Below are positions 14,488-23,899 of a stretch of 30,888 nucleotides of DNA, piece after piece. Numbering within the stretch: position 1 is the first letter of the stretch; the number at the start of each line of letters is the position of its first letter. The translations under genes and the position numbers were made by a program. The stretch comes from a virus (Duplodnaviria; Heunggongvirae; Uroviricota; Caudoviricetes), in IMG/VR virus record IMGVR_UViG_3300038548_000082, positions 1-30,888 of that record; one strand, written 5' to 3'. The notes beneath the pieces are model-generated. The model ran no database searches. It saw nothing but the letters and a program-made list of their open reading frames with translations, and had not been told where the DNA came from.

Positions 14488-15557
14488 CACAAAAGTACGC
14501 TTATCTTGACCTAGATGGGGTAGCCTATATAGGTAGTTGTATTGCTGAGAAGGTTGCTTACATTTGGAAAACTAAGGAAGGGGTTGAACCTATACAGGAG
14601 TCACAGGAGTTTCCGAAAGCTAAGGAAGCTAAACAGTGGTATGAAGATCGTGTAGGGTTCGAAGAAATTAAACCTGACGAATGGGAACGACACACTATTC
14701 CCAAGATCCAAGATCTTTCTGTAGCATTAAAAGGTGTTGACCTTGAGTTAAATAAATGGAAAAAGTCTTGCCATGACCTCTTTGGTGATGATATAATCTT
14801 CAAAGGTTATCTGACTTGTAGTGGGATTAAGAATAAGGATATCCATGATCTACAAAATCGTTATCAACACACTCGCTTTGCCAATTTCAAAGAGGCTGAA
14901 GGTAAAGACTACGAGCACTGGGAAGATAAACCTAAACCAATGTATCTTGCAGAGTGTCGAAATCACTTGCTAAATACTTATGATTGGATTATAATGTCTC
15001 CACCGAAGCTTGAAGCTGATGCTATTGTGGTTGGTATGGCTGAACGTAAGGGTCAAAATGCTGTAGTAGGTTTGAAGGATAAGGACTTGATGCAAGTCAT
15101 GGATTCAAACTACATCAATATGAATGATCAGCCTGCTAAACGGAAGTTGGTGACAACTACAGAAGTTGGTGAACTTTGGATTAAAAAGAGTGCTAAAGAT
15201 GTTAAGTCTCTTGAGGGTAATGGGTTTAAGTTAATAGCTGCTCAGACGCCACAAGGGGATAGCTCTGATGGTTACAAAGGGATCTACCGATTTGGTCCTG
15301 TTGATGCTTACGAGTTGCTTAATGATGCTGAAACTGTTGATGAGTGCTGTAAAAGATTGGTAGAACTCTATCAGGGTACATTCCCAGATGGTATAGAGTA
15401 TCCAGCTTGGCAGGACAAAGATAAAGTAATCAAAAGAACTTGGAAAGAACTCTTGATTCAACACATGAACTTAGCGTATCATGAACGTGGCAGTAAAGAC
15501 ACGCTAACCCCTATCGAAAGATACTTCAACGGGGAGAACCCTACCTACAAAAATTAA
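14484..15557 (+). CDS. 5'-3' exonuclease (T7 gp6/RNase H-like)
   Basis: YLDLDGVAY, LEADAIV, DKDLMQ, GDSSDGYKGI motifs. Confidence 0.85.
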   Translation: MTQKYAYLDLDGVAYIGSCIAEKVAYIWKTKEGVEPIQESQEFPKAKEAKQWYEDRVGFEEIKPDEWERHTIPKIQDLSVALKGVDLELNKWKKSCHDLFGDDIIFKGYLTCSGIKNKDIHDLQNRYQHTRFANFKEAEGKDYEHWEDKPKPMYLAECRNHLLNTYDWIIMSPPKLEADAIVVGMAERKGQNAVVGLKDKDLMQVMDSNYINMNDQPAKRKLVTTTEVGELWIKKSAKDVKSLEGNGFKLIAAQTPQGDSSDGYKGIYRFGPVDAYELLNDAETVDECCKRLVELYQGTFPDGIEYPAWQDKDKVIKRTWKELLIQHMNLAYHERGSKDTLTPIERYFNGENPTYKN

Positions 15558-15569
15558 GGAGAAGACTAT

Positions 15570-15818
15570 ATGATTTCTAAAATGCTTAAGAGAACTATCC
15601 CAACGACTAAATCTGTGACTGATCGTTTCACAGCAGAGTATCAACGGGTAGCAGATGCACAACAAACAGAAGCTGATGCAGCTGAGACTGCGATCAATGC
15701 ACTCCAAACTAAGATCAACAAAGAGGTTGATCGTAAACTGGCAGCGGCTAACGAAGTCACTATCGCTAAACGTGCTATCACAGGAATTCAGGAGTTACTT
15801 GGAGTTGAAACCGACTAA
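15570..15818 (+). CDS. Hypothetical coiled-coil protein
   Basis: 82 aa, Ala/Glu/Lys-rich, AGGAG RBS. Confidence 0.7.
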   Translation: MISKMLKRTIPTTKSVTDRFTAEYQRVADAQQTEADAAETAINALQTKINKEVDRKLAAANEVTIAKRAITGIQELLGVETD

Positions 15819-16227
15819 AGTTACAGAGTTAAAAGTAATAGCCCCCTTCGCAGTTTTTCTACCTAGGAAGACTACGAAGGATAAGAGGATTCCTGTTAAC
15901 CTTAATTGGTACAGGAACTCTCAACACTTCGAAAGTAATGCTGTTAAGAAGCAATACCTAGAAGTTGTTAGAAGTCAACTAGAAGGGGTAGAATTAGAAG
16001 TTCCCTTCAAGGTTAAATATAAAGTCTACAAACCAACCAGAAGAAGACTTGACAAAATGAATGTTGTCTCTATAACATCTAAGTTTTTACTGGATGCTAT
16101 GAGCACTTTGGGTGTAATTCCCGATGACAATGATGATTTTGTCAAAGATGAACTTATCTTACCAACGGTACATGATAAGGGAAATGAAAAAGTTGAAGTC
16201 TGGTTCAAAACAATTAAGGAGACATGA
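15805..16227 (+). CDS. RusA-like Holliday junction resolvase
   Basis: RLDKMNVV..K..LDA...GVIPDDND pattern of RusA-family nucleases; TTG start is uncertain. Confidence 0.65.
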   Translation: MKPTKVTELKVIAPFAVFLPRKTTKDKRIPVNLNWYRNSQHFESNAVKKQYLEVVRSQLEGVELEVPFKVKYKVYKPTRRRLDKMNVVSITSKFLLDAMSTLGVIPDDNDDFVKDELILPTVHDKGNEKVEVWFKTIKET

Positions 16228-16422
16228 ATGAAAGTACGAGATCTAAAAGCAGCTCTTGACTTATTTGATGAAGATGCAGATGTAATCACACGAGGAGGTG
16301 ATGGTACTTTTGCTAAAAACGTAGGTTTACGAGTTAGTAACCATAAGCTCCACAAGGATTGTGTAGTGGTCGAAGGTGTTTGGAATAAAGATAACGTAGA
16401 TGTACCCAAAGGAGGTGAATAA
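16228..16422 (+). CDS. Hypothetical protein
   Basis: 64 aa, AGGAG RBS, coupled to neighbours. Confidence 0.65.
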   Translation: MKVRDLKAALDLFDEDADVITRGGDGTFAKNVGLRVSNHKLHKDCVVVEGVWNKDNVDVPKGGE

Positions 16423-16733
16423 TGGAGTGGGTAGTATCACATTCAGATGTAGAAAAACACCCCCGCTATAACAAGAAAGACCCTAAAGCAGGATTAGATA
16501 ACATCCTACACGACTACGGTATGGATGTATCAACTGGGTATTACACTGATGAGCGGGATAATACAGACGTACCTGAAGATTGGCCTGAAGATGAACCACA
16601 CTTTGGTTATACTCACAGGTCTCCTTTTACAGGGGAAATTTCTACGGGACCACGTTACATTGGTGCTGCTAGAACTGACGGAAAATGGAGAAGGTTCGTA
16701 AGTGACTTTCTTGAACTTGGAGGAGAAGCATGA
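16422..16733 (+). CDS. Hypothetical protein
   Basis: 103 aa, GGAGG RBS. Confidence 0.7.
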   Translation: MEWVVSHSDVEKHPRYNKKDPKAGLDNILHDYGMDVSTGYYTDERDNTDVPEDWPEDEPHFGYTHRSPFTGEISTGPRYIGAARTDGKWRRFVSDFLELGGEA

Positions 16734-17923
16734 AGTTAAGTGAAAGTGATAAGCAGCTGATAATCAAAAAGGATAAGGAAGGTAAAACCAGTCGATACAT
16801 CGCTAAGATGCTGGGTATTGGTAAGTCTACTGTAGGTGACTTCCTACGTAAGGAAACCTATATGAGTTGGTGGAGTGGTCATGACGGTATCATGGTAGAT
16901 TGCCGTAAAGGGCCTATAACTGTCCACCTACCCGGAGCAATTCGAGAGGTAGAGATAGAAGGGACGTTCCATTTTAATGACCTTGACAACGCAGAGAAGG
17001 TTCAAAGTAAACGGACTCGTCATGATCTAGTCAACTTCTCTGTTGAGGATCTTTTAACAAATGATAAAGCTTTTAAGGAAGCGTTTCCTAACCTACAGCA
17101 ATACAAAGAAGTATTTAAAATCGTTACTTCCGATAAAGTTCCAGAAGGTTGTACACACTTTGTAATCCCAGATACACAGGTTAAGCCTAATGTTGATCTG
17201 TCTTATTGTGATTGGGTTGGTGAGTATATGGCTGACAAGATGCCTGCTGTTATTATCCACATTGGTGATCATGCTGATATGGAATCCCTTTCTTCCTATG
17301 ATATGGGAACTAAGAAAGCAGAAGGTAAACGTATTCACGAGGACTTTAAAGTAGCAATTGAAGGTATGCGTAGGCTGTTACGACCTATCTATGACTTGCA
17401 GCAAAAGCAGCTTAGAGAAGACGGTAAGATCAGCTACAAGCCTAAAATGATTCTAACATTGGGTAACCATGAAGAACGCATAATGCGTCATGTTAATGCT
17501 AACCCTGAACTTGCAGGTTTTGTTAGCTATGACAACCTTAAGTATAAGGAATTTGGTTGGGAAGTCATAGACTACTTAGTACCTTACAACATTCATGGCG
17601 TTAACTATGTTCATTACATGGCTAACCCAATGTCTGGTCGTCCTTTTGGTGGTCAAGCTTTGAATGTTCTTAAGCAAGTCGGTGAGACGTTCGTTCAAGG
17701 ACATAAGCAGTGCTTAGAAGTCGCTACACGCTTCCTGCCAGCTTCTGGTAGACAGCAGTGGGCTATCATAGCAGGTGCCTGTTATAGCCATGACGAGGCT
17801 TACAAAGGCCCTCAAGGCAATAAGCATTGGAGAGGTGTTGTAATGCTTCATAATGTTAAGGACGGTAACTTCAATTTGATGACTACTGACCTAACCTATT
17901 TGGAGGGCAGATATGGGAAATAA
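16730..17923 (+). CDS. Calcineurin-like metallophosphoesterase with N-terminal HTH
   Basis: PDTQ, GDHAD, GNHE, HY, QGH metal ligands; N-terminal SRYIAKMLGIGKSTVGDFLR HTH. Confidence 0.85.
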   Translation: MKLSESDKQLIIKKDKEGKTSRYIAKMLGIGKSTVGDFLRKETYMSWWSGHDGIMVDCRKGPITVHLPGAIREVEIEGTFHFNDLDNAEKVQSKRTRHDLVNFSVEDLLTNDKAFKEAFPNLQQYKEVFKIVTSDKVPEGCTHFVIPDTQVKPNVDLSYCDWVGEYMADKMPAVIIHIGDHADMESLSSYDMGTKKAEGKRIHEDFKVAIEGMRRLLRPIYDLQQKQLREDGKISYKPKMILTLGNHEERIMRHVNANPELAGFVSYDNLKYKEFGWEVIDYLVPYNIHGVNYVHYMANPMSGRPFGGQALNVLKQVGETFVQGHKQCLEVATRFLPASGRQQWAIIAGACYSHDEAYKGPQGNKHWRGVVMLHNVKDGNFNLMTTDLTYLEGRYGK

Positions 17924-18251
17924 GGAACCTGATATTAAGTTAGAAACGCATAACTTGACTATCCCTTATGGCTTCGTATTGTTTGGTAAGATGTTTGAAA
18001 TGCCCCTTGAATGTGTCTTCGGATACTCAGGGGATCTCAAATCTAACCACGTACTTGAGATTAAGTCTCTGTCAGGCACTGATGATGATGGTCTACTTTA
18101 TGATATGTTATATTTAGTAGAAGATGAGGAAGACTTCTTGACACGTCATATCATTTCGTCTATATTGAACAACTATTCAGTATGGGACGTTGAGACGGAG
18201 GTAGGGTCATGGTGGGACAATCACAACAGAGGTATAAAGTCGCCCAGTTAG
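17913..18251 (+). CDS. Hypothetical protein
   Basis: 112 aa, acidic, GGAGG RBS. Confidence 0.6.
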   Translation: MGNKEPDIKLETHNLTIPYGFVLFGKMFEMPLECVFGYSGDLKSNHVLEIKSLSGTDDDGLLYDMLYLVEDEEDFLTRHIISSILNNYSVWDVETEVGSWWDNHNRGIKSPS

Positions 18252-18781
18252 CTATGGGTGTTTTTCTTTTAGGGTTATTAACAACCCTTTTAGTACTCAC
18301 ACAGATGAAGTATGAAGGGAGGGTAGTAGAGAAGGTAACCAGTGTGGAAACACCTTACACATTACCCCAACACCCTCTCGAATACTCTGTGGAAGATGTA
18401 TTCTACCTCGCTCAAGCAATTTACTTCGAAGCAAGATCAGAACCTGAAGAGTGTCAGTTCCAAGTGGCTCACGTTATAGACACTAGACGATACTCTTACG
18501 GGTTCCCTAACACGATTAAAGAAGTGATATGGCAAGGGAAACAATTTAGCTATACGGAAGATGGTAAGCATGAGAGAGTATCAGACACTACTGCATGGGA
18601 TGAATCGGTACGTATAGCTAAATTAGTTTTAGGTGGATATTCGCTTGACACGACAGAAGGAAGTCTATACTATTACAACCCTGACTTAGCCAACCCTACT
18701 TGGAAAGATGGTTACCAAGTGGTTAACAAATGTGGCAAGCACTTATTTCTTAAAGATAAAGACAAAGGAGATTGGTCATGA
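18209..18781 (+). CDS. SleB-family cell wall hydrolase (Hydrolase_2) with N-terminal membrane anchor
   Basis: LAQAIYFEARSE, FPNTIKEVIWQGKQFSY, SLYYYNP, GKHLF. Confidence 0.88.
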   Translation: MVGQSQQRYKVAQLAMGVFLLGLLTTLLVLTQMKYEGRVVEKVTSVETPYTLPQHPLEYSVEDVFYLAQAIYFEARSEPEECQFQVAHVIDTRRYSYGFPNTIKEVIWQGKQFSYTEDGKHERVSDTTAWDESVRIAKLVLGGYSLDTTEGSLYYYNPDLANPTWKDGYQVVNKCGKHLFLKDKDKGDWS

Positions 18782-19062
18782 GAGTAACCGAAGATGCAAT
18801 GCACACTATGGTCTATTGTAATGACGCTGGTGTTGAGTTTAACTCAGAGACACTTAACGCATTTATCCATGTAGCCGTTGTTGATCATAAACTCGAAGTC
18901 TGTACTGAGAGGTACGATAATAAGGGGGACGTTACCTCTAAAGTGATAGAGGTGTATCATAGCTTTAGAAACGGGGACATTGATTACCCTGACTTAGAGC
19001 AGTACCACCCTTTATGGTGCGCTATGGTAAATGTAGAAGACTGCGAGGTGAGCTTAGCATGA
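18778..19062 (+). CDS. Hypothetical protein
   Basis: AGGAG RBS, ATG 18778 overlapping the upstream stop. Confidence 0.65.
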   Translation: MRVTEDAMHTMVYCNDAGVEFNSETLNAFIHVAVVDHKLEVCTERYDNKGDVTSKVIEVYHSFRNGDIDYPDLEQYHPLWCAMVNVEDCEVSLA

Positions 19063-19202
19063 GTAGTTTTATTATGAGTATGTTGGTTTTTACTGTAGCT
19101 AAGGCAGCAGGACTAGAGTTTGAAGTAGTACAAATTCTGCCACCTATAATTTTGGCGATAGGCTATGATCTACTTATCCTTAATACTAGGGAGGGGAAAT
19201 AG
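19059..19202 (+). CDS. Small hydrophobic hypothetical protein
   Basis: 47 aa, GAGG RBS, ATGA coupling. Confidence 0.5.
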   Translation: MSSFIMSMLVFTVAKAAGLEFEVVQILPPIILAIGYDLLILNTREGK

Positions 19203-19204
19203 TT

Positions 19205-19777
19205 ATGCATGATGATCGTAAAGACGAGTATGAAGAACGTTGCAGGCAGCAATATGATCGTAAACAATCTGCGGGGAACTCTTACCGTATACTGTACGGT
19301 GGTTACAAAAAGGATGAGCTAGTAACTATTACTTCAGCTGATACAGATCACTTCCCAGCCCATTCAGTTTGTAGAGATCACTTCCCGAACGTAGGAACCG
19401 TTGGGCATATTGATCACAGCATACCAACTGTAGCAACACTATTAGGCAGTACTTCTGGTAAGTCAACTTTAATGGCAGACCTACTGGTATCGCTTTGTAG
19501 AGAGTCACAAACTGATAGTCGTGCGGTTACAATTGCGAAAAGTCGAGCGCCTAGTGTTGGGAGAACTGGGTGGTTCTTTGACCTAGAAGCTGGTGGACTT
19601 ACCGAGGACTTTATATTATACTCACGTAGATCAGCACAAATGGCTGTGAAAATTGATCCATTAACCAAACGTTCAAAGAGTAAGAAGAAATGTAAATGGG
19701 ATGAGAAACCTTTTGGCTCTCCTCCTAAGAAAAAGATACCAACTTTAAAGTCATTTCTTAAAAAGGAGAAGAACTAA
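19205..19777 (+). CDS. Hypothetical protein, basic C-terminus
   Basis: 190 aa ORF with GGAGG RBS. Confidence 0.65.
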   Translation: MHDDRKDEYEERCRQQYDRKQSAGNSYRILYGGYKKDELVTITSADTDHFPAHSVCRDHFPNVGTVGHIDHSIPTVATLLGSTSGKSTLMADLLVSLCRESQTDSRAVTIAKSRAPSVGRTGWFFDLEAGGLTEDFILYSRRSAQMAVKIDPLTKRSKSKKKCKWDEKPFGSPPKKKIPTLKSFLKKEKN

Positions 19778-20241
19778 TGACAATGACAAGATTCCCATAT
19801 GTTAAGCAAGCGTTATACGTAGGCTGTTTAGAGTACCTCTGTGAGGAAGGGTTAACACCTTACCTAGAAGTATCAACAGCTCACCCTGAGTATATTGGAC
19901 CTCGTGATACTGAGTCTAAGCGGGGGTTCACAGTGTTCAACATAAGTGCCAATGCTTTAGTTTCATATCTTGCTGATGAGAATGGCTTAGCTTTCGGAGC
20001 TAAGTTTCAAGGACTTCACCGTGACGTGTTTATTCCGTGGGCAGCAATCGCACGTATCTATGCTAAAGAGGACGTTAAGATTATTCAGAACTTTGTGTTT
20101 GACATGGTTCCAACTTCTGATGTAGACTCTGTGGTAGCACCACTTGAAGAGGAGCCAAAGATTAAGTTGGTTCACTCTACTGATAAACCTAAGCCGAGTG
20201 GTAAAGCTCGTAGGTCATTCAGACCAAAACTAGTTGAATAG
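19777..20241 (+). CDS. sspB: SspB-like ClpXP protease specificity-enhancing factor
   Basis: LTPYLEV...VFNIS.NA...F.AKFQG...VFIPWAAIARIYAKE parallels E. coli SspB LTPHLVV...VLNIAPRA...FNARFGG...VSVPLAAVLAIYARE; flexible tail ending RPKLVE. Confidence 0.8.
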   Translation: MTMTRFPYVKQALYVGCLEYLCEEGLTPYLEVSTAHPEYIGPRDTESKRGFTVFNISANALVSYLADENGLAFGAKFQGLHRDVFIPWAAIARIYAKEDVKIIQNFVFDMVPTSDVDSVVAPLEEEPKIKLVHSTDKPKPSGKARRSFRPKLVE

Positions 20242-20250
20242 GAGAAGATA

Positions 20251-20487
20251 ATGAATTGGAAAAAAGCTTTTATAACCTTAACCTCGCGTTTTGCAAGTGG
20301 TAATTCTGTACCTGTTGACCGTGCTACGATCACTCGAACAGAGTTTGATTTGTTAATGGGGGAAGTTAACAGGCTACAAGTTTTATGCCACATCCAATTC
20401 GAAGAACTTGGTCGTTATCACCAACAGTTACATGAGAGACCGAAACGGTGCAACCACAATGTAGAGGTTCGTCATCACCCTGTTTAA
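20251..20487 (+). CDS. Hypothetical protein
   Basis: 78 aa, AGGAG RBS. Confidence 0.65.
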   Translation: MNWKKAFITLTSRFASGNSVPVDRATITRTEFDLLMGEVNRLQVLCHIQFEELGRYHQQLHERPKRCNHNVEVRHHPV

Positions 20488-20510
20488 CCCTAAGTAAACT
20501 AAAGTTAGAC

Positions 20511-20539
20511 TTGACACGAGAAGACTTCATAGGTAAGAT
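20511..20539 (+). promoter_or_regulatory. Sigma70-type promoter
   Basis: TTGACA-17 nt-TAAGAT. Confidence 0.75.
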
Positions 20540-20574
20540 GAAACACATAATTAAACATACAGGAGAATAAACAT

Positions 20575-21069
20575 ATGCCAATCGTATCAGAAGTTAAAGG
20601 TGACATCGTTAAACTAGCTTTGGCTGGGAAGTATAAAGCTATCGTGCAGGGTTGTAATTGTCTCTGTGTGATGGGTTCTGGCTTAGCCCCTCAGATTAAA
20701 AAGGCTTGGCCTGAAGTTTACGAAGCTGATTGCAAGACAGAACGAGGTGATCGTAGTAAGTTAGGTAAGTTCACTAGCCATCACGATACTGAAGTAGACG
20801 TTCGGATCTTTAACCTATACACACAGTTTGCTTTTGATCGTATCAAAGGTAAGCATGATGTTGACTACGAAGCTGTGGCAATGGTATTTAAGCGCCTGAA
20901 CACAGTAATCCCCAGTATTGAGCGAAATGCTTGGCGTTGTGATGACCGTAAAGTCGGTATTCCTATGATCGGATCTGATCTTGCTGGTGGACATTGGCAG
21001 GCCATTAAGGTTATAATTGACCTTGTTACTCCTAACTTAGATATTGAGTTAGTAATCTACCAACCATAG
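20575..21069 (+). CDS. Macrodomain (ADP-ribose-binding/hydrolase, T4 Tk.4-like)
   Basis: GDIV, IVQGCNC, GSGLA, NLYTQF, GIPMIGSDLAGG. Confidence 0.88.
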   Translation: MPIVSEVKGDIVKLALAGKYKAIVQGCNCLCVMGSGLAPQIKKAWPEVYEADCKTERGDRSKLGKFTSHHDTEVDVRIFNLYTQFAFDRIKGKHDVDYEAVAMVFKRLNTVIPSIERNAWRCDDRKVGIPMIGSDLAGGHWQAIKVIIDLVTPNLDIELVIYQP

Positions 21070-21078
21070 GAGCACCTA

Positions 21079-21420
21079 ATGCACGACATAAAGGTTATAC
21101 GCAAGCGAGTACCCTGCCAAGGTAAGCCTGTTTGTGAGTCTAAAGAATTCTACTCAATAAATGGTGGAGATACTTGGATGACTTACTCTCAGTACTTCCA
21201 CTGGGGTGAAGCTGTCTTTGGTAAGGTTTGGAAGCAATACTCTGCTCACGATATTAAGAAACACGTTGAAGCTTGCTTAGTAGCATATAACGTGAAACTG
21301 CGTGAAGATCTCCTTGGTGGAGAGCTTTTACCTTGTATACAGGAGTTGTTGAAGGAGGATAAACTACTTCCTTGTGACATTTCTTTTAATATTATAAATA
21401 ATTGTACAGATAACGCTTGA
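21079..21420 (+). CDS. Hypothetical protein
   Basis: 113 aa, AGGAG RBS. Confidence 0.65.
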   Translation: MHDIKVIRKRVPCQGKPVCESKEFYSINGGDTWMTYSQYFHWGEAVFGKVWKQYSAHDIKKHVEACLVAYNVKLREDLLGGELLPCIQELLKEDKLLPCDISFNIINNCTDNA

Positions 21421-21444
21421 CTTCATAACTGGATCAAGTATACT
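21417..21444 (+). promoter_or_regulatory. Sigma70-type promoter
   Basis: TTGACT-16 nt-TATACT, AACTTAAAC at 21451. Confidence 0.7.
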
Positions 21445-21476
21445 CCTCACAACTTAAACGAAACGGAGAAATAAAT

Positions 21477-23489
21477 ATGACATCAATCACTACACTTCGG
21501 AACGAATTACAAAGCCAACTACAATTGATGGAAGCCTCTGGTCTTTATGTTGTAGACGTTCCTAAAGATATCCTGTGGAATACCTATCTTGATAGCTTCC
21601 CAGAAGGCACAAATGAAATTTATAAAGAGCGCCGTGAGTACGACTGTAACTGTTGCAAGCAGTTTATTAAAGTTGTAGGTGGTCTGGTAACCATCAAGAA
21701 TAACAAGTTGGTGTCTGTTTGGGACATCTCTGTTGGAGGTCATTTCCAAGCAGTTGCTGACGCTATGGCTGAGATGGTTAAGGCTAGTACAATCCGAGAT
21801 ACTTTCTTCCACTATGAGCGGAAGGTAGGTACAGAGTTCAACCACCAACAGTTAGAAGATGGTGGAGTTCAGAAGTGGGATCACTTAGCTGCGGTACTTG
21901 ATGGCGGCTACGTTTTACATAAGGACAGCATCGCCTCGAAGCTCTCAGAAGTCCGTAGTAACAAACAAGTATTCAAGCGTAGCCTAGATGAGATTACTCT
22001 GGATTCCGCTGAGACAGTGCTAGAGTTGATCGCACAGAATTCTCTGTACCGTGGTGAAGAACACAAGAGCATCGTCACCTTGTTTGTTAAGCAGCTGAAG
22101 AAGTACACTAAGCTTAAAGGAGAAGCCAAAGATTTATTTTGCTGGGTAGAGTCTGCTAAGTTAGGTGGAGCTGCTAAGATCCGTAACACTATGATTGGCA
22201 AACTACTGCTTGACTTGTCCGAAGGTAAAGAACTTGATGCAGCTGTTGGTAGTTTTGAGCAGTTGGTTGCACCTACTAATTACAAGCGCCCTAAGGCGCT
22301 TGTGACTAAAGGTATGATCCAGAATGCACAGAAGAAAGTACAAGAGTTGGGTATTGAGTCTGCATTAGCTCGTCGTTATGCTACTCCACAGGACTTAACT
22401 ATCAACAACGTGATCTTCGCTAACCGAGACGCTAAGAAGCAGATGAACGCTTTTGACGAGCTTATGGAAGAGGTAAGTACCTCAACTAAGAACTTGGGTA
22501 AGGTTGATGAGATGAGTGTCCGAGACTTCATTGATAACATTGTATCTACGGCTACAAGTATTGAGGTGTTGGTTGAGAATAAACACTCTGGTAACTTCAT
22601 GAGTTTGATTGCACCTGTTAACGAAGATGCAAAGAACATTTTAAAGTGGAAAAATAACTTCTCTTGGTCTTATAATGGTGAAGTAACTGACTCGATGAAA
22701 GATCGTGTTAAGTCTGCTGGTGGTAATGTTGATGGTGTGTTACGATTCTCAATTCAGTGGAATGAGAAAGGTGAGAATGAGAACGACTTGGATGCTCACT
22801 GTGACGAGCCTACTGGTAATCATATTTATTACGGTAACAATGGACGTAAACATCAGTCGTCTGGTATGCTAGATGTGGATATCATGAATCCCAATGGTAA
22901 GGTAGCTGTAGAGAACATTATCTACACAGATACCCGAAAGATGCCAGAAGGGAACTATAAGTTCAAAGTACATAACTACTCTGAGCGTGGTGGTAAAGGT
23001 TTCACAGCAGAGATCGAATTTGATGGACAAATCTTCTCTTATGTGTATACTAAGAAGATGCGACGAGGGGAGTACGTAAACCTCGCTATTGTGAACTTTA
23101 CTAAGCAAGGTGGTTTTACTTTAAAGGAGTCTTTGCCTAACAGTGAGACAGTTAAAGAAGTTTGGGGTGTATCTACTCAGAACTTCCAGAAGGTTAACAT
23201 GATCATGCACTCCCCCAACCATTGGGATGGCAATGAGACAGGTAACAAGCACTGGTTCTTTATTGTGGAAGGTTGTAAGCAGGAAGGCTCCTCACGAGGA
23301 CTCTACAACGAGTTCCTAAGTCAAGAGCTTAACGAACACCGTAAGGTCTTTGAGGTATTAGGTTCAAAGATGAAAACAGAGGAATCTGATGAGCAGCTGA
23401 GTGGTTTAGGTTTCTCATCAACACAACGTAGTTCAGCTTACTTCAAAGTAACTGGTAAGTTTGAGCGCACTATTAAAGTTAATTTTTAA
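21477..23489 (+). CDS. Large hypothetical protein with DCNCC motif and a YfaP/TerD-like beta-sandwich region
   Basis: 670 aa; YDCNCCKQFI near the N-terminus; LRFSIQWN..NDLDAHC..GMLDVD..AVENIIY..GNYKFKVHNY resembles YfaP (DUF2135)/TerD-type domains. Confidence 0.75.
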   Translation: MTSITTLRNELQSQLQLMEASGLYVVDVPKDILWNTYLDSFPEGTNEIYKERREYDCNCCKQFIKVVGGLVTIKNNKLVSVWDISVGGHFQAVADAMAEMVKASTIRDTFFHYERKVGTEFNHQQLEDGGVQKWDHLAAVLDGGYVLHKDSIASKLSEVRSNKQVFKRSLDEITLDSAETVLELIAQNSLYRGEEHKSIVTLFVKQLKKYTKLKGEAKDLFCWVESAKLGGAAKIRNTMIGKLLLDLSEGKELDAAVGSFEQLVAPTNYKRPKALVTKGMIQNAQKKVQELGIESALARRYATPQDLTINNVIFANRDAKKQMNAFDELMEEVSTSTKNLGKVDEMSVRDFIDNIVSTATSIEVLVENKHSGNFMSLIAPVNEDAKNILKWKNNFSWSYNGEVTDSMKDRVKSAGGNVDGVLRFSIQWNEKGENENDLDAHCDEPTGNHIYYGNNGRKHQSSGMLDVDIMNPNGKVAVENIIYTDTRKMPEGNYKFKVHNYSERGGKGFTAEIEFDGQIFSYVYTKKMRRGEYVNLAIVNFTKQGGFTLKESLPNSETVKEVWGVSTQNFQKVNMIMHSPNHWDGNETGNKHWFFIVEGCKQEGSSRGLYNEFLSQELNEHRKVFEVLGSKMKTEESDEQLSGLGFSSTQRSSAYFKVTGKFERTIKVNF

Positions 23490-23502
23490 AGGAGAATATA
23501 TT

Positions 23503-23892
23503 ATGGATATTTTTGAGCAAGCAAGTAAAAGTAAACTACGTTTTGAGACTACTAAAGGCTCTATTACTACTGACGATCTTTGGGATTTACCATTGACCTC
23601 TGTACGAGGGGTCTCTCTAGATGGCATTGCTATCAAGCTGAATAAGGAAGTGGCTGAGAGTAGCGAAGAGAGCTTTGTAGCTACTGCTAAGAAAAGCAAC
23701 ACCGTTGCTAAGCTTAAGTTTGACATTGTTAAGCATATCATCGATGTCAAGATTGCAGAGAATGCAGAGAAGTTGGAAGCTTCTACTAAGAAGGCTCAGA
23801 AGGAACGTATTCTTGGTCTGATTGCTGACAAGCAGGATGAAGAGTTGGCAGGTAAGAGCGTAGAAGAACTGCAAGCTTTGATCGACGCTTAA
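23503..23892 (+). CDS. Hypothetical protein with C-terminal coiled coil
   Basis: MDIFEQAS..LRF.T.KG....DLWDLPL; AGGAG RBS, ATG 23503. Confidence 0.75.
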   Translation: MDIFEQASKSKLRFETTKGSITTDDLWDLPLTSVRGVSLDGIAIKLNKEVAESSEESFVATAKKSNTVAKLKFDIVKHIIDVKIAENAEKLEASTKKAQKERILGLIADKQDEELAGKSVEELQALIDA

Positions 23893-23899
23893 TGGGGGT

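Noticed and set aside
18209-18781. Lysis cassette
   Set aside because: The SleB hydrolase lies in the replication region with no identifiable holin or spanin pair; the small hydrophobic ORFs cannot be called holins from sequence alone
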